A DNA stretch of 64,000 bases from Schmidtea nova (lineage: Eukaryota): assembly GCA_044892505.1 (NCBI GenBank), contig CM097882.1, positions 196,540,001 to 196,604,000 on the forward strand, read 5' to 3'. Shown here piece by piece: positions 9,696 to 24,000 of this stretch (positions within the stretch are counted from its first letter, which is position 1; every line of letters starts with the position of its first letter). The notes under the pieces are model-generated. The model saw only the letters and a program-made list of their open reading frames with translations. It ran no database searches and was not told where the DNA came from. The position numbers and the translations under genes were made by a program.

Positions 9696-12539
9696 TCTGC
9701 TTTTATTAGCTGATTTATTCAGTTTTTTTCTCCATTACTATTTTGGATTAATTCTTAAATTATTTTATTTGTGAATTAATTCTTAAATTATTCCATTTAT
9801 TCCTAATTTCTTCCCATTTTTCAGTTACTTGTCAATTAAAGGGGTTTCCGGATTAATTTATGTTCTAATTTCCTTTGACTATTTTTTTCATTTTTCTGTT
9901 ACTTTTTTGGTTTTTTTAAATTTAATTGCTTTTCTTTTATCTACTAGTTAGGTTGTTTTTCTATTCAAGTTGTTTTTTATTGTATTGTTTCTACATTTAT
10001 TTGTTGTTTTTACAGTCGCTCTAACACAACAATAGTATCTATATATACATTGACATTGATCTACATACCTGTCACAATGAAAGTTATCGAAATTATGCAC
10101 CCAACTCCTAAATCATCGTCACTCGCATGAACATCTACTTCGCCTCATCAGGAAAGAATACACAAGGTCATTTATAAAATCGAATTTATAAAAAATTCTA
10201 AATTAGCATCTCAAAGTGTAATGAAAATATTTAGATTGTATTAGAATTATAGATTATATTTGGTATTATTTAGTTGAACTTTACCTTAATCGAAGAATCA
10301 TTCCTAAAAATTTAATTTTTTTATCTAAAATTTTGGTATGCGAAATTTACAAATGAATTATCTTTAGAATTTTATGTATATTTCGTTTGGAAAGTTTGCA
10401 TATGATTCAAAATATTCTTTTTTATAAATGCATAATTCTACTATTAATAATAATATATTAGGAAAAATCTTAAAAAATTTTCTAAATTAAACTATGAATA
10501 AAAAAATTATAAATCTAAAAATTTTATTATAATATAAATTTTTTAAAATTTAAATATATTCTAATTCACGCAGAAAAATTATAAATTTCACAATCGATTT
10601 TTATTTCCAAATTTATTTTATATTATTATTTTATAAAATACCCCTTCTAAAGTTAGGAAATAGTTATAAATCCATATTTGCAGATTACTACGTTCTTTTC
10701 ACTCATTTGTATCATCTACACCCAATACCACGCACGAAACTTATTCATCTATAAATACATTTGAATATATCGTTTCACTCATTAATATCCCATACACAGC
10801 ATGCTACACCCAGAGAATCTATAAAGAATTCCATTTATTCGTATTAATCGTTAAGCTATCCGTTTCATTCAATAACATTATATACCCCAATCACCACATT
10901 GAAAATTGACTATTTAAGCTATCAAAGTACATAATATTTACCAACTTGCAACTGGTAACACCCCATCACTCAAACAAATTCATTTCTTCACCAATGTCCA
11001 TCACCCAAGTCTATAACTTGTAAACCTTGTCAATTCATGCAACAAAATTCAATTATATCAATCACACAACTGATAAAGAAAAGAAATGTTTCATTCAACA
11101 ACATCACCCACAGTCAACTAACACACTAAAAATCTACTGTTAAATCTAAAAAAGTATAATTAGTTAACTTGAAGTTCACAACATCCTATAACATAAATTG
11201 GTTGCAACTCACAAAACCCTAATGCATCGATTACCCTACTTGCAACTATTAACATCCAATGACAGTAACTAACTCCTAATTCATGATAACTTACAATATT
11301 ATTTAGCTTCTTGCCTCTACTAACACACTTTAAGAGTTCACTGTCGAGCAATATATTTATAGAAAACCATAATAAGTTCATTTTCAACTGTTCCCTGGTG
11401 ACTAGATCCAGTGACACAACATTACATGCATATTTAGTCATTTTAGATTATCTATTGATATTTAAATGTTTTTTATTGTCTCTATCTTATTTGGATGTAT
11501 GTCAGAAAACATTACCTAAAAGCCTTACTGTATACATCCATCTCCAAAATACCATGAAACATATTTTGGTATTCAGAAAATGCTACAGAAATCACAACTA
11601 GAGGCGCGTTTATGCACATTTCCTAGACTCTTAGAAATTTATATTGAATCTTGTTTATTTCTATTATGCTATTCGTGCAGTTATTTTTGAGATTATCGTT
11701 GTGAAAAAGTTATCACAGATGGCGGTAAATTTGCAAAATTATTTTTATCTTTTTTATAAAATATATATCATATTATATATCTAGTAGCCTATATAGAAAC
11801 ACTTTTTACATGACATTTATATACTGTCCAATTAAACTTTTATAGTTTTACTTCAATGGTGTATCACAGTTAATAATGTCTACTTTTTTACACATGTTCG
11901 ATAACATTTAGGAAAAGGTGTTCCATGATACCCATCCCAGTGCTCATTTTCCAGGTTTCAATGTTTACAAGAGCCCCCCTAATATCTGCGCCTAGGGCTC
12001 CTATTACTGTAAACGCGTATTAAAATGAATGACGATCAATTATTGTAACAACATTTCGCCAAACTCTGCATTTGATTGAGAGTAAAATTATAAATCCACT
12101 TGATCTATCCGAACCACCTTGATCACATGCAATATGGATAACTTTCTAATTTTTTTATAATTTTACGGAAAAGAATAAATTAACTCACCATCGGTGCCGT
12201 ATAAACCTCTAAACCGGAGGGTTTTCTATCCATAAATAAATAAAATCAATAATTTGTCCAATAGTATAAAATTGACCATAACCCAACTTAACCAATCAGA
12301 CTAGAGAACTTGATTTTGTTAAGCGGGTTGCAAAATTCTATATGGTATAAATTTTATTGGTTCAATAGCTTCAACGGGGGGGGTTGCCCTAAACTTTACA
12401 TTTTATAACTTAAGACACGATTTTAATGACATTTGTACATTTCAGATAATTTAGGATTAAAATATTAATAAACGCATAACTAAATTTGTTTGTTTGGGAA
12501 TAAAGGTTTCAATGATCACAATTGAAGTAATATTCATTT

Positions 12540-13090
12540 TAGACGCCACTGATCGTTTAAATTAACACCCGACTTAACTGACGGATTGGTGAAATTAGGA
12601 TACAAGCAACATCTTGCAAAATCCGAAAGACTTTAATACTTTTGGGACAAATGATTTTATTGATTCGGTTCTGTTTGCTATTGTGTTTCGTGTATTACAA
12701 ATGGATTCTTGTTTGAAATAGGTTTTGTTAATGTTTTGATGTTGGAATTATCCACTTGAATGTATAAATAAATTCTTATCGATGTAAATTATTGATTTTA
12801 AATTTCTAATTAGAATCTTAATGAATGTTTATGGATTAATCGCTAAAATTGGGACAAAATGGGCATTAAACCTTCTATCGGTAGCCCTTGAACCCATTGT
12901 GATGTTCGGTCAATCAAAGTTTCGATTTTTCGACGCTCACTGTTTGCGGACATCCACCCATTTGTTGCATTACCGACGTTACATTGTGATGGGCAACAAG
13001 TTTCCTAAACTAATGTTTTATGTGTTGAGTTGTTGATAGGAGCCACGGCAACGTCAAGGTCATATTGACGATCAACGATCCACCACACAT
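12540..13090 (-). repeat. Dispersed repeat, copy 1, of a decayed Cys-containing coding family (other copies ~49900-50530, ~50920-51135; fragment ~16345-16390)
   Basis: Shared blocks TTCTATCGGTAGCCCT, CTCACTGTTTG.GGACATCCACCC.TTTGTTGCATTACC, AACGTCAAGGTCATATTGAC; common minus-strand frame with stops. Confidence 0.7.
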
Positions 13091-15574
13091 AAAATCATGT
13101 AAATATACACATAATAAAAAAATCAGATCATCACATTTTAACTGAATGAGAATCTAGATTGCCTAAAAATAAAAATATGAAATTGATAATTAATATAAAG
13201 GAATATTCAACATACAACAGATATTGAAATAAAGTTACAAATCTTGATTTCTGCCTAGGAAGTTTTGTGATCTATAAATAGACAATAAATCGTTAAAATT
13301 ATTGAAGGAAAAATTTACCATATTATAATTCTATCCAATGAAAATGCGATTAGGATAAGGTAACAAGAAAATTTATCTCTAGAATAAATTGAGGCCAGAA
13401 GGCAGACGGAAACGGTCTTTAGGTTACCTAAATCTTAGTAATATTTTCAGACAATTTTTTAGTTATAATTTTTATTCTCTTATTAATTTTAAAATTTATA
13501 CATAAATTTTTAATTTACTAATATATTTGAAGTTTATTTATAATTTTAGTAACCGAAAAATAAAATAGGAAATCATCTTTTAAAATAAATAAATTTCACT
13601 TAAAGATATATTTAAAACCGTTTAAGGTCTGATTTATTTACAAATATTTTTATATTAAGAGCTGGGAAAGGGCTAGGACATTACTGAATAATGAATTGGA
13701 AGTCTATCGACATTTTAATCTTCTCAACATAATCTCGCAACAAGAATTATTGTCCTTAAACTCGCCAAAAAAATGAATTCACATATCAAGAGAAAATCCC
13801 GTATAAATTTTCCGAATTGAGTCATGTAGAATGTATGTTTGAGAATGATGATCAGTTGAGATGAATGTATAAAATTGTCGTTTGTTTGTTGTTGTTTTGC
13901 CGAATAATTAAGCACGTTGGGTCAAGTAAGATAATTAAACTTGTTCCTTCGAAGATTAGGAATTCTAGCGATCGATAATAGTATGATTTTTTCGAGTTTT
14001 TTTGATTTTAGACAACACAGTCTCAAATAGATCAACTCCTAAAATCGATGAAGGATATTGAGCTTAGCGTTCGAAAGATCAATATCCGGCTAGTAGTCAT
14101 GAAGGAGGAAAATAATATACTATGGGCGGAAAATAAATCGTTGGGAGAGTGGCTCGATAAATACAAGACACGTTGCCAAACCGTGTAAACAATATGGTAA
14201 AATGCGAAAAATGGCAAATGCCAAAGATTAAATCCAGTTATTGCAAAAGCAGGAAACCGAGGTTGCCACCAAAAATCGAGCCTGGAAAATGACGATTCTC
14301 GAGCGCGATGCTCGATTAATGCGCGTCCGAATAGAGTTTGGTCTAACCATCGCCGTAATAACATCGACATCCAACCCTCCATTGGATCTATTCCCACCAG
14401 TTCCAGCTGCAGACGAGGTCTGGATTGCAGACCCGCCTTCAAAGCCGAAGTGTTTCAAACCCAGCAAAGCAGTCAGGACGCGATGGCGAACAGGACGCTT
14501 CATGGAACAACTGAAGAGAACCACCCAAATGTCCATAGACCTAACCGACTTATGACAAATGCTTATTTTAACATTTAAATTTCTACCTTCTACGGTCTCG
14601 TAATATCGGACTCCTGTCATTTCGGTTTAATAATGTTGTTCTTGTGATTTTGTTATGTTACCGGGAAATAGTTTGAAGATAACACAATAATTTTGCGAGT
14701 GATTTATTTAATAACTTATTTATTTATTTATCTGACTCCAAATTATCCAATTATTTTTACATATAAATATATGATTATTTGGTTGCATTGAATATCAAAT
14801 GCTATTATTAAATAAAAACACACTCTCTTTTTTATAAACTTTTATTTACATCCAATGTACAAATTTACTAAAGAAATAAAAGACCGTTTTCGATTGATCG
14901 ATTCCCTCACTTGTCAGCAAGCAACACGATGCCTTCTAATGGCAAAACACCTTTGATTATACTTAAATGAAGAGGAATAAGGTTTTAATATTGGGGTTAG
15001 TCAGGTATACTAAAGTGGTCAATTACTTTGTATACGAATAAATGTTGAAACTATTTACCTAGTTTAGTTAAACTGTTGGATCAAAAATTTCGATAAATTT
15101 TTGACTAGTTGCGATGAACTAAACATTTCACTGGGAACAAACAGATTTTATAAAAATTCCACTTTAAATGTTGCAATTCTGGTTTTATTAAACCTTGCTG
15201 AATGTAGTTTATTTCTGCCTCGTTTACAAGAATTAATCGATTTATATACTAACTAATTATTTTCTAAATTACCAAAAATATATTATTAATAATTCTAAAT
15301 TACTATAAATAATTATAAATTACTTATAAATTACTGTAAACATATATTATCTATTTTTAGCAGTTATAAATTAACCAAAAATATATTTTTGAAATTATTT
15401 AAGTTATTATCTAAAAATTAACGTCGAGGCCTAAGGGCCTATCCCTAATATCTGGGTTGCAACTTTCATTGCTGATACCCCTAAAACAAAAGTTAATAAG
15501 AAAAATTCAAAAATAAACATTTATTTAAAAAATATCTTTCGTTGGTTAGAATTCTACTTGTTGAAATTTTCTGC

Positions 15575-15810
15575 GTTATAAATTTCAATTCTCTGCGTTG
15601 TAAATTTCAATTTTTCCGTGTTGTAAATTTCAATTCTTCTGCGTTGTAAATTTCAATTCTCTGCGTTGTAAATTTCAATTTTTCTGCGTTGTAAATTTCA
15701 ATTCTTCTGCGTTGTAAATTTCAATTCTTCTGCGTTGTAAATTTTATGCGTTTTTAAAATTAAATTCTGTGCGTAGTAAATTTTCTGCGTTTTTAAAATT
15801 AAATTCAAAT
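15575..15810. repeat. Minisatellite, ~22-nt unit TTCTGCGTTGTAAATTTCAATT
   Basis: Several near-identical tandem copies next to the second gap. Confidence 0.9.
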
Positions 15811-15851
15811 TAAATCTGCTTTTTTTCTCTTTCAAACAAAACTTTTATATA

Positions 15852-15987
15852 NNNNNNNNNNNNNNNNNNNNNNNNNNNNNNNNNNNNNNNNNNNNNNNNN
15901 NNNNNNNNNNNNNNNNNNNNNNNNNNNNNNNNNNNNNNNNNNNNNNNNNNNNNNNNNNNNNNNNNNNNNNNNNNNNNNNNNNNNNNN
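15852..15987. other. Assembly gap (N run)
   Basis: Run of N. Confidence 1.
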
Positions 15988-16574
15988 GAATTGTAGAAAT
16001 TTGGTGTCATTGATTATATGTATAATTGATTATAAGTAATTTTTTTGTTATTTATTTATCTATTTAATAATTTAACGTAAATTTCATTTATTTTCGATAA
16101 TTTAAAACGTATAAATTTCGTATAAAATTAGACGCATGGATGAGATACTTAACAAATTTGGAATTGAGCTTGTGGATTCCATAATAAAAATCTTCCTAGA
16201 ATCTCAACCAGAATTAATAGAGAAAGGCGCATAGATACGCTAATGATCATCGAACATTAGATTTTTGCCAAACTTTCTCCCAGATATTTCTAGCAAATTT
16301 ATAATGAGAGTTTGATTAAGTATAGGACAAAAAAATAGTCAATATGCATTCTATCGGTCGCCCTTGAACCCATCTGTAACATTCTGTCAATTAAATAAAA
16401 TAAAATAAACTGTTTAATTAAAATTATTGAAATAAATTATAAAAATTTTAAATTTATTGAAAATCAAGCTAAAACTTATTTTTTAAATGATATATTACAT
16501 TTTAATTATTAATAAATTTTTAAAAATTATTTATATAATTTTAACAAAACTTATTTTATCAGTCAATTCAATTA

Positions 16575-16840
16575 ATAAAACACACACATGCTAGCATTCA
16601 AACTATTTAAAAAAATCAAAATACGCATTTTCACCGCATTGTGTACATTCATTTTTGGATCTTTTTTTAGAGTTTTGAAGATATTTCTGGGGAGTTTGAG
16701 GTCCATTAAGGTAGATACAGTGGGCTTGTGGATGCAGCCGAGATCACTCCACGGTGCTATCAGAGATGGAATCTTTCTCAGTTTCCCGAAAGTCATTGGA
16801 TGCTCTGGCCTTATATCAATTTTGAGAACAAGCTAAATGT
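16575..16840 (-). pseudogene. piggyBac transposase C-terminal remnant
   Basis: DFRE..RLHPQAHC..KRSKNECTQCGENAYFDFFK*, resembling the piggyBac cysteine-rich tail. Confidence 0.35.
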
Positions 16841-17262
16841 GAAAATATTATGAGCAATGAGCCTATAAAATAATGTAAAACAAAATAAAACAACTTATAG
16901 AAGTTTAATCAAAAAAATTAACTTCATATTAATACATAAATACACAATACATAAAACGTACTTGTTTTTCCGAGTATCACTCAAAAAGACTTTGATTGGC
17001 GTTTGACCTAATACGTGAATTTGGCTGGTAAGATCTAAATTGAATTAATGATATAAGGGTCGTATTTATACTTATTTTTGTACCACTTCCACACATTCTA
17101 CCTTTACGGTTTCACGTATAGTGTACATAATCTCACTCGACCGGTATGAATTATTTTCAGAAAAATTTTAATAAATTTTTTAAATGAATCATTTCATATT
17201 TCACTAAGTAGGGTTAATTTTTAATTTATTTTTTAATGAAAATTTTATGCCAGTGAGAATAT

Positions 17263-20200
17263 TGTAATTATAAAGATTCTTGTGCTTTGTGACCTATCAC
17301 ATTATAGGTTAATGGCAACGTAATATTTCATTAAATATTACGTTGCAGTTTTTCTTTAATCTCTAAATAATTGATCGTTAAATAAATATTAACCTTATTT
17401 CTATTTTTCTTTTAGCAATGGGTGTACAAGCTATCACGGCTATATTTAAAAAATATTGTGAAGGAGATGTTGTCAAGGGAGCGGAGGAAATTGAATTGAA
17501 GAGTCAATTGTTAGGAGCCTTCTCACATATGGGTCAGCTACTTCCTCTTCGTTTACAATGAGCAGCTTTAGACATATGGCGCCATCAGAAAGATCTCGCA
17601 AAGACCCCACTCATGCCACTCTGGTGAAGGCTTTCGGACTAAGCCCGTTTTCGAAGCATTTTAAATCGAGATGGCTCGTATTTTGGCTCTTTAAAACGCC
17701 CCGGGGAGCTGGCAAGAATAATCGATGAAGGAATCACCGTGGATTTTGTTGTTGGTCTCCCAGCCGCAGTATCGAAGGCATTGCAAATTACGGGGATGGA
17801 CGGCTAGGAGATTTTTATTGAAAAAGCTCAAATATTATCGGAGGGTGAAATCCCAGAGATGCACAAAGCGTGGAAAACAGAAGCTATGAGTGCTATCGTG
17901 TCAAAAAAGAAATTCAAATTCAAATGTTTCACATGTGATGAAGAAGGTCATTTTGGCAGAGAGTGTCGGCGTCCGAAAAACTTCATGGGGAAGCAGTTTC
18001 CTTCAGAACAACAATGTACGAATCCAAGTAAAACACGGTATTGCTTTGGTATATTCAGGCAGTTCTCAATTGATTCTGCGAAAATATCGGTTCAATGGAA
18101 ACTACGTGTCTAGTAAATGGATCGTTACTGTTGATGATCGAAAATTAGAATAAAGGAAAGATTCAATCGGTAATAGATTTCCGAGAGTTAAACGAGTGGG
18201 TCGAATATCACACAGGGGACAGTGACGTCTGCTCAGAGACGAAGCGTTAGCGGCGTCGAATGGGAGTAGAAGGAGTTCTTCTTGATTTGCGTAATGCTTA
18301 CTTGCAGATTCCAATTGAAAAGAACCTGTGGCGCTATCAAGTGGTTCGATTCGTGGAAAGACTTACTGTTTAACTAGCTTAGGATTTGGTTTAAACTGCG
18401 CTCCAAGGATAATGTGAAAAATCTTGCAAAGGGTGCTTTCTTCTAATGCCGTCATTCGAGATGCCAAATTCAGCTATATTGACGACATAGCAGAGGACTT
18501 ATCAAAGGCGGATCCGAAGGCTTGTTTGAACTTAAGACCAAAGATCCGGTACCCATCGCAAATGCAAAGGCGTTAGGGCTCTCTATTTTTCATAGAAAGC
18601 AAAGAGCTGAGGTGAAAGAGAGGAAATCAACTCAAGAACCTTGACGTAAACGAGTCATTCTCAAGACAAAAATTATTTTCTATTTGTGGTCACGTGATTG
18701 GGCACTATTCAGTGGCAAAATGGTTGGGAGTTACCTGCAGCTTTATTAAGCGGTTGAACGACGGAGATTTGTTGAATGACTATGTTGATGCCGAGGGCAA
18801 ACGACTTCTATCAGAGCTGAAGATCCAGTCAAAGGAATTTGGCTTGTAAGCAGATGCAGCGAAGGAATAGTTTGGCGCGGCACCAGTAATCTTGCACTGA
18901 TGGTCTGTCTAGAAATCAACAGAAACATAGATGAAGATGTCTCGTGGTTACAAAAGAAGGACAATTATTTACACATTAATGTCGCAGAACTAGATGCCGT
19001 TTTGAGTGGTATTAATCTTGCGGCTAGATGGAGAGTTCAAAGATTATCCATCATATCGGATTCAGCCACTGTCTTCAAATGGGTTGAGAACATTCTGTCG
19101 GGAAAGATGAAAGTGAATACCAGCAGCAGCTCCGAGATGTTGGTTAAATTGTGACTTGGTATGATCAAGTACTTAGAAGACGAGCTTGGACTAGAAATAT
19201 CCATCTAACTCGTGAAATCAGAAAAAAATGTAGCGGACACTGGCGCGGGTACACAAAGCGTGGATGAAATATTGATCCCCACTCATTGCTGGTGCTTCTC
19301 AGTCTTTAGTGTCCAAAATGCATGGGAAGCATCATCTGGGCATCAATCGAACGCTTTACTTAACAAAATATGATCTAACGATTAGCTACAATATGGTTAA
19401 GGAAACTATCAATTCGTGTAATAAGTGTAAGATGTTTGATCCGGTTCCAATAACCTCTGAGAAAAGTACTTTGTATGTGAATGATGAATGGACCAGAATT
19501 GCTGCTGACGTTGTTTTTCTTTCAATTGCAGATTGCGGGCCTAGCAGATTTTGCATCTTGGAAGAAGATTTTTAATGACGATTCGGTTTTCATTATCAAT
19601 GCTTTGAATACTGTGTTTCTGGAAAAGGGTTCAGTAAAAGAAACTCTGACGGATAACGGTTGCGAACTTTTGATTTGCTGAGTTCAAACTTTTTGCAGAT
19701 ATGTGGGACGTTAATCTAAAATATCGTCGCGCCGACAGACCCGAAGGGAATGGCATTGCAGAAAAAAACCACAGAACTATCAAGCGGATAGTTGAGAGAT
19801 CAGGCTGTGAACCACTAATAGCGGTCTTGTTTTATAATATCACTACTTATTCAGGCTTGGACGATAATACAGTACCTGCAAAGATTCATTTTGATCGAAA
19901 GTGGAGGTGCTCGAAATTGCTGGGAGACAAAGACAAATTTGATAGTCGCGAAAATTATGATTCAAATTAGTATGCTGTGGGGAATTTCGTATTCATATAC
20001 CCTGGGCCGTTTATACGATCACCGGAATCAATTCATCAACCAACGTAAGTCGATGGCACTTCGAGACACTTCAATAATCTTTGAAGGGTATCCAATTCCG
20101 GTGATATTATTGAACGAACAGAACTAATAAGCGACAGGGACCGAGATGATCCAGAATTTATTAGTTTAGTTTCACTAAGAACGAGAAAAGAGCGCTAGCC

Positions 20201-20356
20201 ACCAGAATGACTGAAAGACTATGAAATTGATGTTAAGATCATGGGGGCGTGTAACGATGCAGATTCTTGTGTGTCATGAACTATTACATCATAGGTTAAT
20301 GGCAACGTAATATTTCTTATCATTCTTTCTATTTGTCTTTTAGAAATGGATGCACA
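17263..20356 (+). mobile_element. Ty3/Gypsy LTR retrotransposon A (old, degraded)
   Basis: LTRs 17263-17428 and 20250-20356 (TG..CA; 3' copy internally deleted). TSD AATAT on both sides; PPT GATCATGGGGGCG. CCHC knuckle CFTCDEEGHFGREC, RT LDLRNAYLQI, RNase H HINVAELDAVL, integrase NGIAEKNHRTIK, all broken. Confidence 0.92.
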
Positions 20357-20851
20357 AATATTACCAAGTGATAAAAAATGAAAAAAATCTCAGACTTAAA
20401 GAGGCTATTCTCATTAGATACCAGCACCAAAAGAACAATTCAAATCAAAGAAATTAGCAAAATCGCCCACATACTATCTTGACGGAAAGATTTACAAAAC
20501 TTAAAAAGAAAATTTAAGACATTTTTGTTTTACAAAGGAGAAAGAGAAAAAAGGTAAGGAAAAAACAGAAAGTATAAAGAAATACATGGACATTTCATAG
20601 AAAACTTTTCATATAAAATTAAATTAGTTTTAAAATTTAAAAATAAAGATATGAAATACAAATTTTGTTTGAAATTTAAATTTTAGAAATAAAGAAATAT
20701 TTTTGCTTTAAATTGAGATAATTTCAAAAAATAATTATAATATTCCATTTTATTTAGCTAAAAACAAAATCATTTCATTTCTACTTTCAACATCATAATC
20801 ATATCAATGAAACTTAATAAAACTATCACTATTTAATGTTATTAAATCACT

Positions 20852-21057
20852 TTAATTTTCCATTTTCATTATAGTTGGCATACAATCTTCTATTGTGATT
20901 ATTCGCAATGTGTTAGTCCTTCCACTCCCAGCTCTCCAGCCAGTTACTATTACGACATTGTTGCCCTCTCTTACAAATCCTCTTTTTTTAGCCATGTCAA
21001 TAGCGAATTTCAATCGTTCATCCATATCTTCAATCCAATCACCATCAGGTTTTTCAG
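20852..21057 (-). CDS. PK: Pyruvate kinase last exon
   Basis: [56 protein letters not shown]; missed by the ORF track. Confidence 0.9.
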
Positions 21058-24000
21058 CTTTAATAAATAATATTAAATATAATTAAATATAAGAACAATA
21101 TACATTCGGCATAGTCACATTTGATAAAAAAACCTTTGATATAGTCATCATTTTTAGTTAAAAATATTTTTTAATCTACATTGTTTAAAATGTCAACAAA
21201 TAAAAATATATGAACACAAATAAGAGAAATTGTCTTACAATTCACCGGAAGCTAGACATATTATATGGGATTGATAAAAGAATGAAAGTAAAGGATGTGC
21301 ATATACAAGAAATGTTAGCCTCTGATAGAAAAATCGCTAAGAAAGTGTGAATCTTATACTTTGAGTGAATACAACTGAAAGAGATAAATTGTCCATGATG
21401 ATGATCAGAAAAGCAGCACGCTCAAGATGTTTCCAAGTCAACAATTATTTTATATTTGTTGGAGTTTGCTTGAACATGCATGAAATAAAAATAAAAAGCA
21501 CAAATCTTTTGTGCAAATCAATGTAAAAACATAAAATCTAAAGTACAAAAATTAATTTAAAATTTGGAAAAATTAAAAGTAAAGATTTAACGGGGGACAA
21601 TGGTATGGAAGGATGTCAAATGATGAGACGAATTCAAATATGGTTATAAAAAATTAAAAAGGGGTTCCAGAAAAAGATATTCAATAAATAAAAATTAATT
21701 AAAAATTAATGAATAAATTATTAGCTATGTAGAAAATCCGAGCTAATGTGAAGCCCGAGCTAATGGGTAACTCGAGCGATGTGGAAAACCCGGGACACCA
21801 ACAAAATTATTAGATCATCCAAGAGAACTGAATGATTAAAGGATGCCTCGGGAAAAGCCGAAAATCCAATTTGTCGAAAAATAAATTAAACCCAGAGTTA
21901 AACCCCAGTAATAGGACAATTTGATTATTTTGTTCAGAGAACCTCAAAAGCAATTATCAGAAATAAAATTAAAGCAACATGCTGAAGTGACGAAGCCACT
22001 ATGTAAACTCAGGGTGAGTTGACAGAATCGCCAGTGTGGTCGAAAAGAAAATTTACAATTTGAAGTTGAGCTAACAAGTTAGAAGCAATAGAAAGAAATT
22101 CTTAGAGAGAACAAAAGGTTAGAATCCAAATTAACTCAAGCGTACCAGAAAGAGATATTTCCCATTGGGTTACCCAGACTAACGTTTAAAGAGTGAAGAG
22201 AACTTATTATAACTTTGGGTAATCGAAATTGCGTTTGATAAATTTGAAAAAAAAGATTATTGTATTGGGTTCAGTTCATTATTGTTAAAGAAAGAACACA
22301 GGAGTCAAATATCAACCGACTATTTGACCCAACATATTATTAATCATCCGAAAATCCATGACAAAATCTTTTAATGAATGGTTAACGGAATAAAATATTC
22401 CGGAAGTAACAAAATATATTAAAAACGAAAATTTTTAAAAAACATTTTCTTCCTAAAGCTTTGTTAGTCTTGAATAATGCAACTTGCGATGGAGCAGACT
22501 TATCCGTGTTTGAAAATATAGATTTCAAAATTTTTTATTTGTCCCCTAACACGACGCCATTTTTTAACAACCGATTGATCAACATATCATCAAGCCATTT
22601 AAAGTTTGATATCGTAAATATTTCCTAACAATACTGGCGTTTAGAAATGAAAATATTTACGTTTCATTGAATAGCATCAATCTTATAGATGTGGCATAAG
22701 TCAGTGAAATTGTAGAATGAAATATTTCGAACTGCTATGATGAATGGTTTTAAGTATTGATATTCATCATCTGAAGTAATTGAACTTAATTAACCTATAG
22801 GTCAGTTTCGTGATGAAGATAAGATACCAATAGTAACGTTATTTAATTCTATTGTAAATAAAATTGTTAGAGCCAATTCTGAAATTATGGAATGGACTAT
22901 GGGAGAAAATGAACACATCTATGTTCATGATATTGACGGACTTATAAACAGTAGCAATGGCAATGCAGAAGATACTATTGAAAGAAACAATATAAAAAAA
23001 TCAAATGATGTTAATAAAGTGATTGATTCATTTAATTTAGTAATAGTGGCCGGAAAGCTTGAACATTCCGTTCAGGATAATCTTCTTATAAGGTTTCGCG
23101 AAAAATGCTTTTATTAAAAGATTTAAATTAAATACATGAGAAATAATATACATAGCCCTCGCAATAAATTGGCAATAAATTTGTCTCTACTTATGTAATG
23201 TACTTCTTAGTAATTTTTTGAAAATGTCTTTTTGACTGTTTATCTTTTAACATACGTGGTCGCGCCCGCTCTTAAAATATTTTTTAAAAAAATAATTAAA
23301 TAATAAGTAAATAATTAAAGGTGGAGCTTGATTGCTGTGAGAAATTGTGGAGCGAGCCTGAAGCCGTTAGACGGTCTTATCGAAATCTATATAAATCTTA
23401 TATGAATTTCTATTTTTAATGCTTCCTATAGCACTATTTTTGTATTTTACTCAATGCTTTTATCAAATTCATGGGAATTCTCTAACAGTTATTTTGGATT
23501 CCAAATGGGAAAATACTCCATTAATAGCAGAAACAAGTGAATTTATAGCTTCTGAATCTGTTGGATTGTTTTGGAATTTTGTGGAAGAATTAAATATTAT
23601 CAGAGATAAATTGGTCATTCACGATGAAATAAACAATTATGAAACCGTTTGGAAAGTGGCTTAAAACTGTTAAATTCAGGACAGATATCCGTTTTACAAT
23701 TATCATTAGCCATGAGGACTTATTCTCCTGCAGTTGAAATGAATCACCAACTGGATAGTGATTTGAACTGTGACAATTCACTTACGGCTGCTAAAGTAGC
23801 AGTTCAGAATTTTTGTGAAATAGATACATTAAAAATATTCTTTGGGACTTTTTATAGTTTGTTTAACTATGCTTTTTGTAATTTTCTTGGTGTGTGGAAT
23901 TTAAAAACGGAGACTTGATTTTGATTTGTTTTACTGACTTATTTTTGGAATGGATTGGCGGGATTTGAATTTGAATGGTAATTTTGCTGAATGTATTAAT

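Noticed and set aside
10700-11600. Strand-skewed region with short ORFs
   Set aside because: Multiple stops in all frames and no identifiable RT or other motif.
14020-14620. GC-richer patch with overlapping ORFs
   Set aside because: Only a short coiled-coil stretch with stops (LINE ORF1-like at best); no family assignable.
15575-15810. Regular repeats as a CRISPR array (also 42377-42510)
   Set aside because: No unique spacers; eukaryotic context; simple minisatellites.
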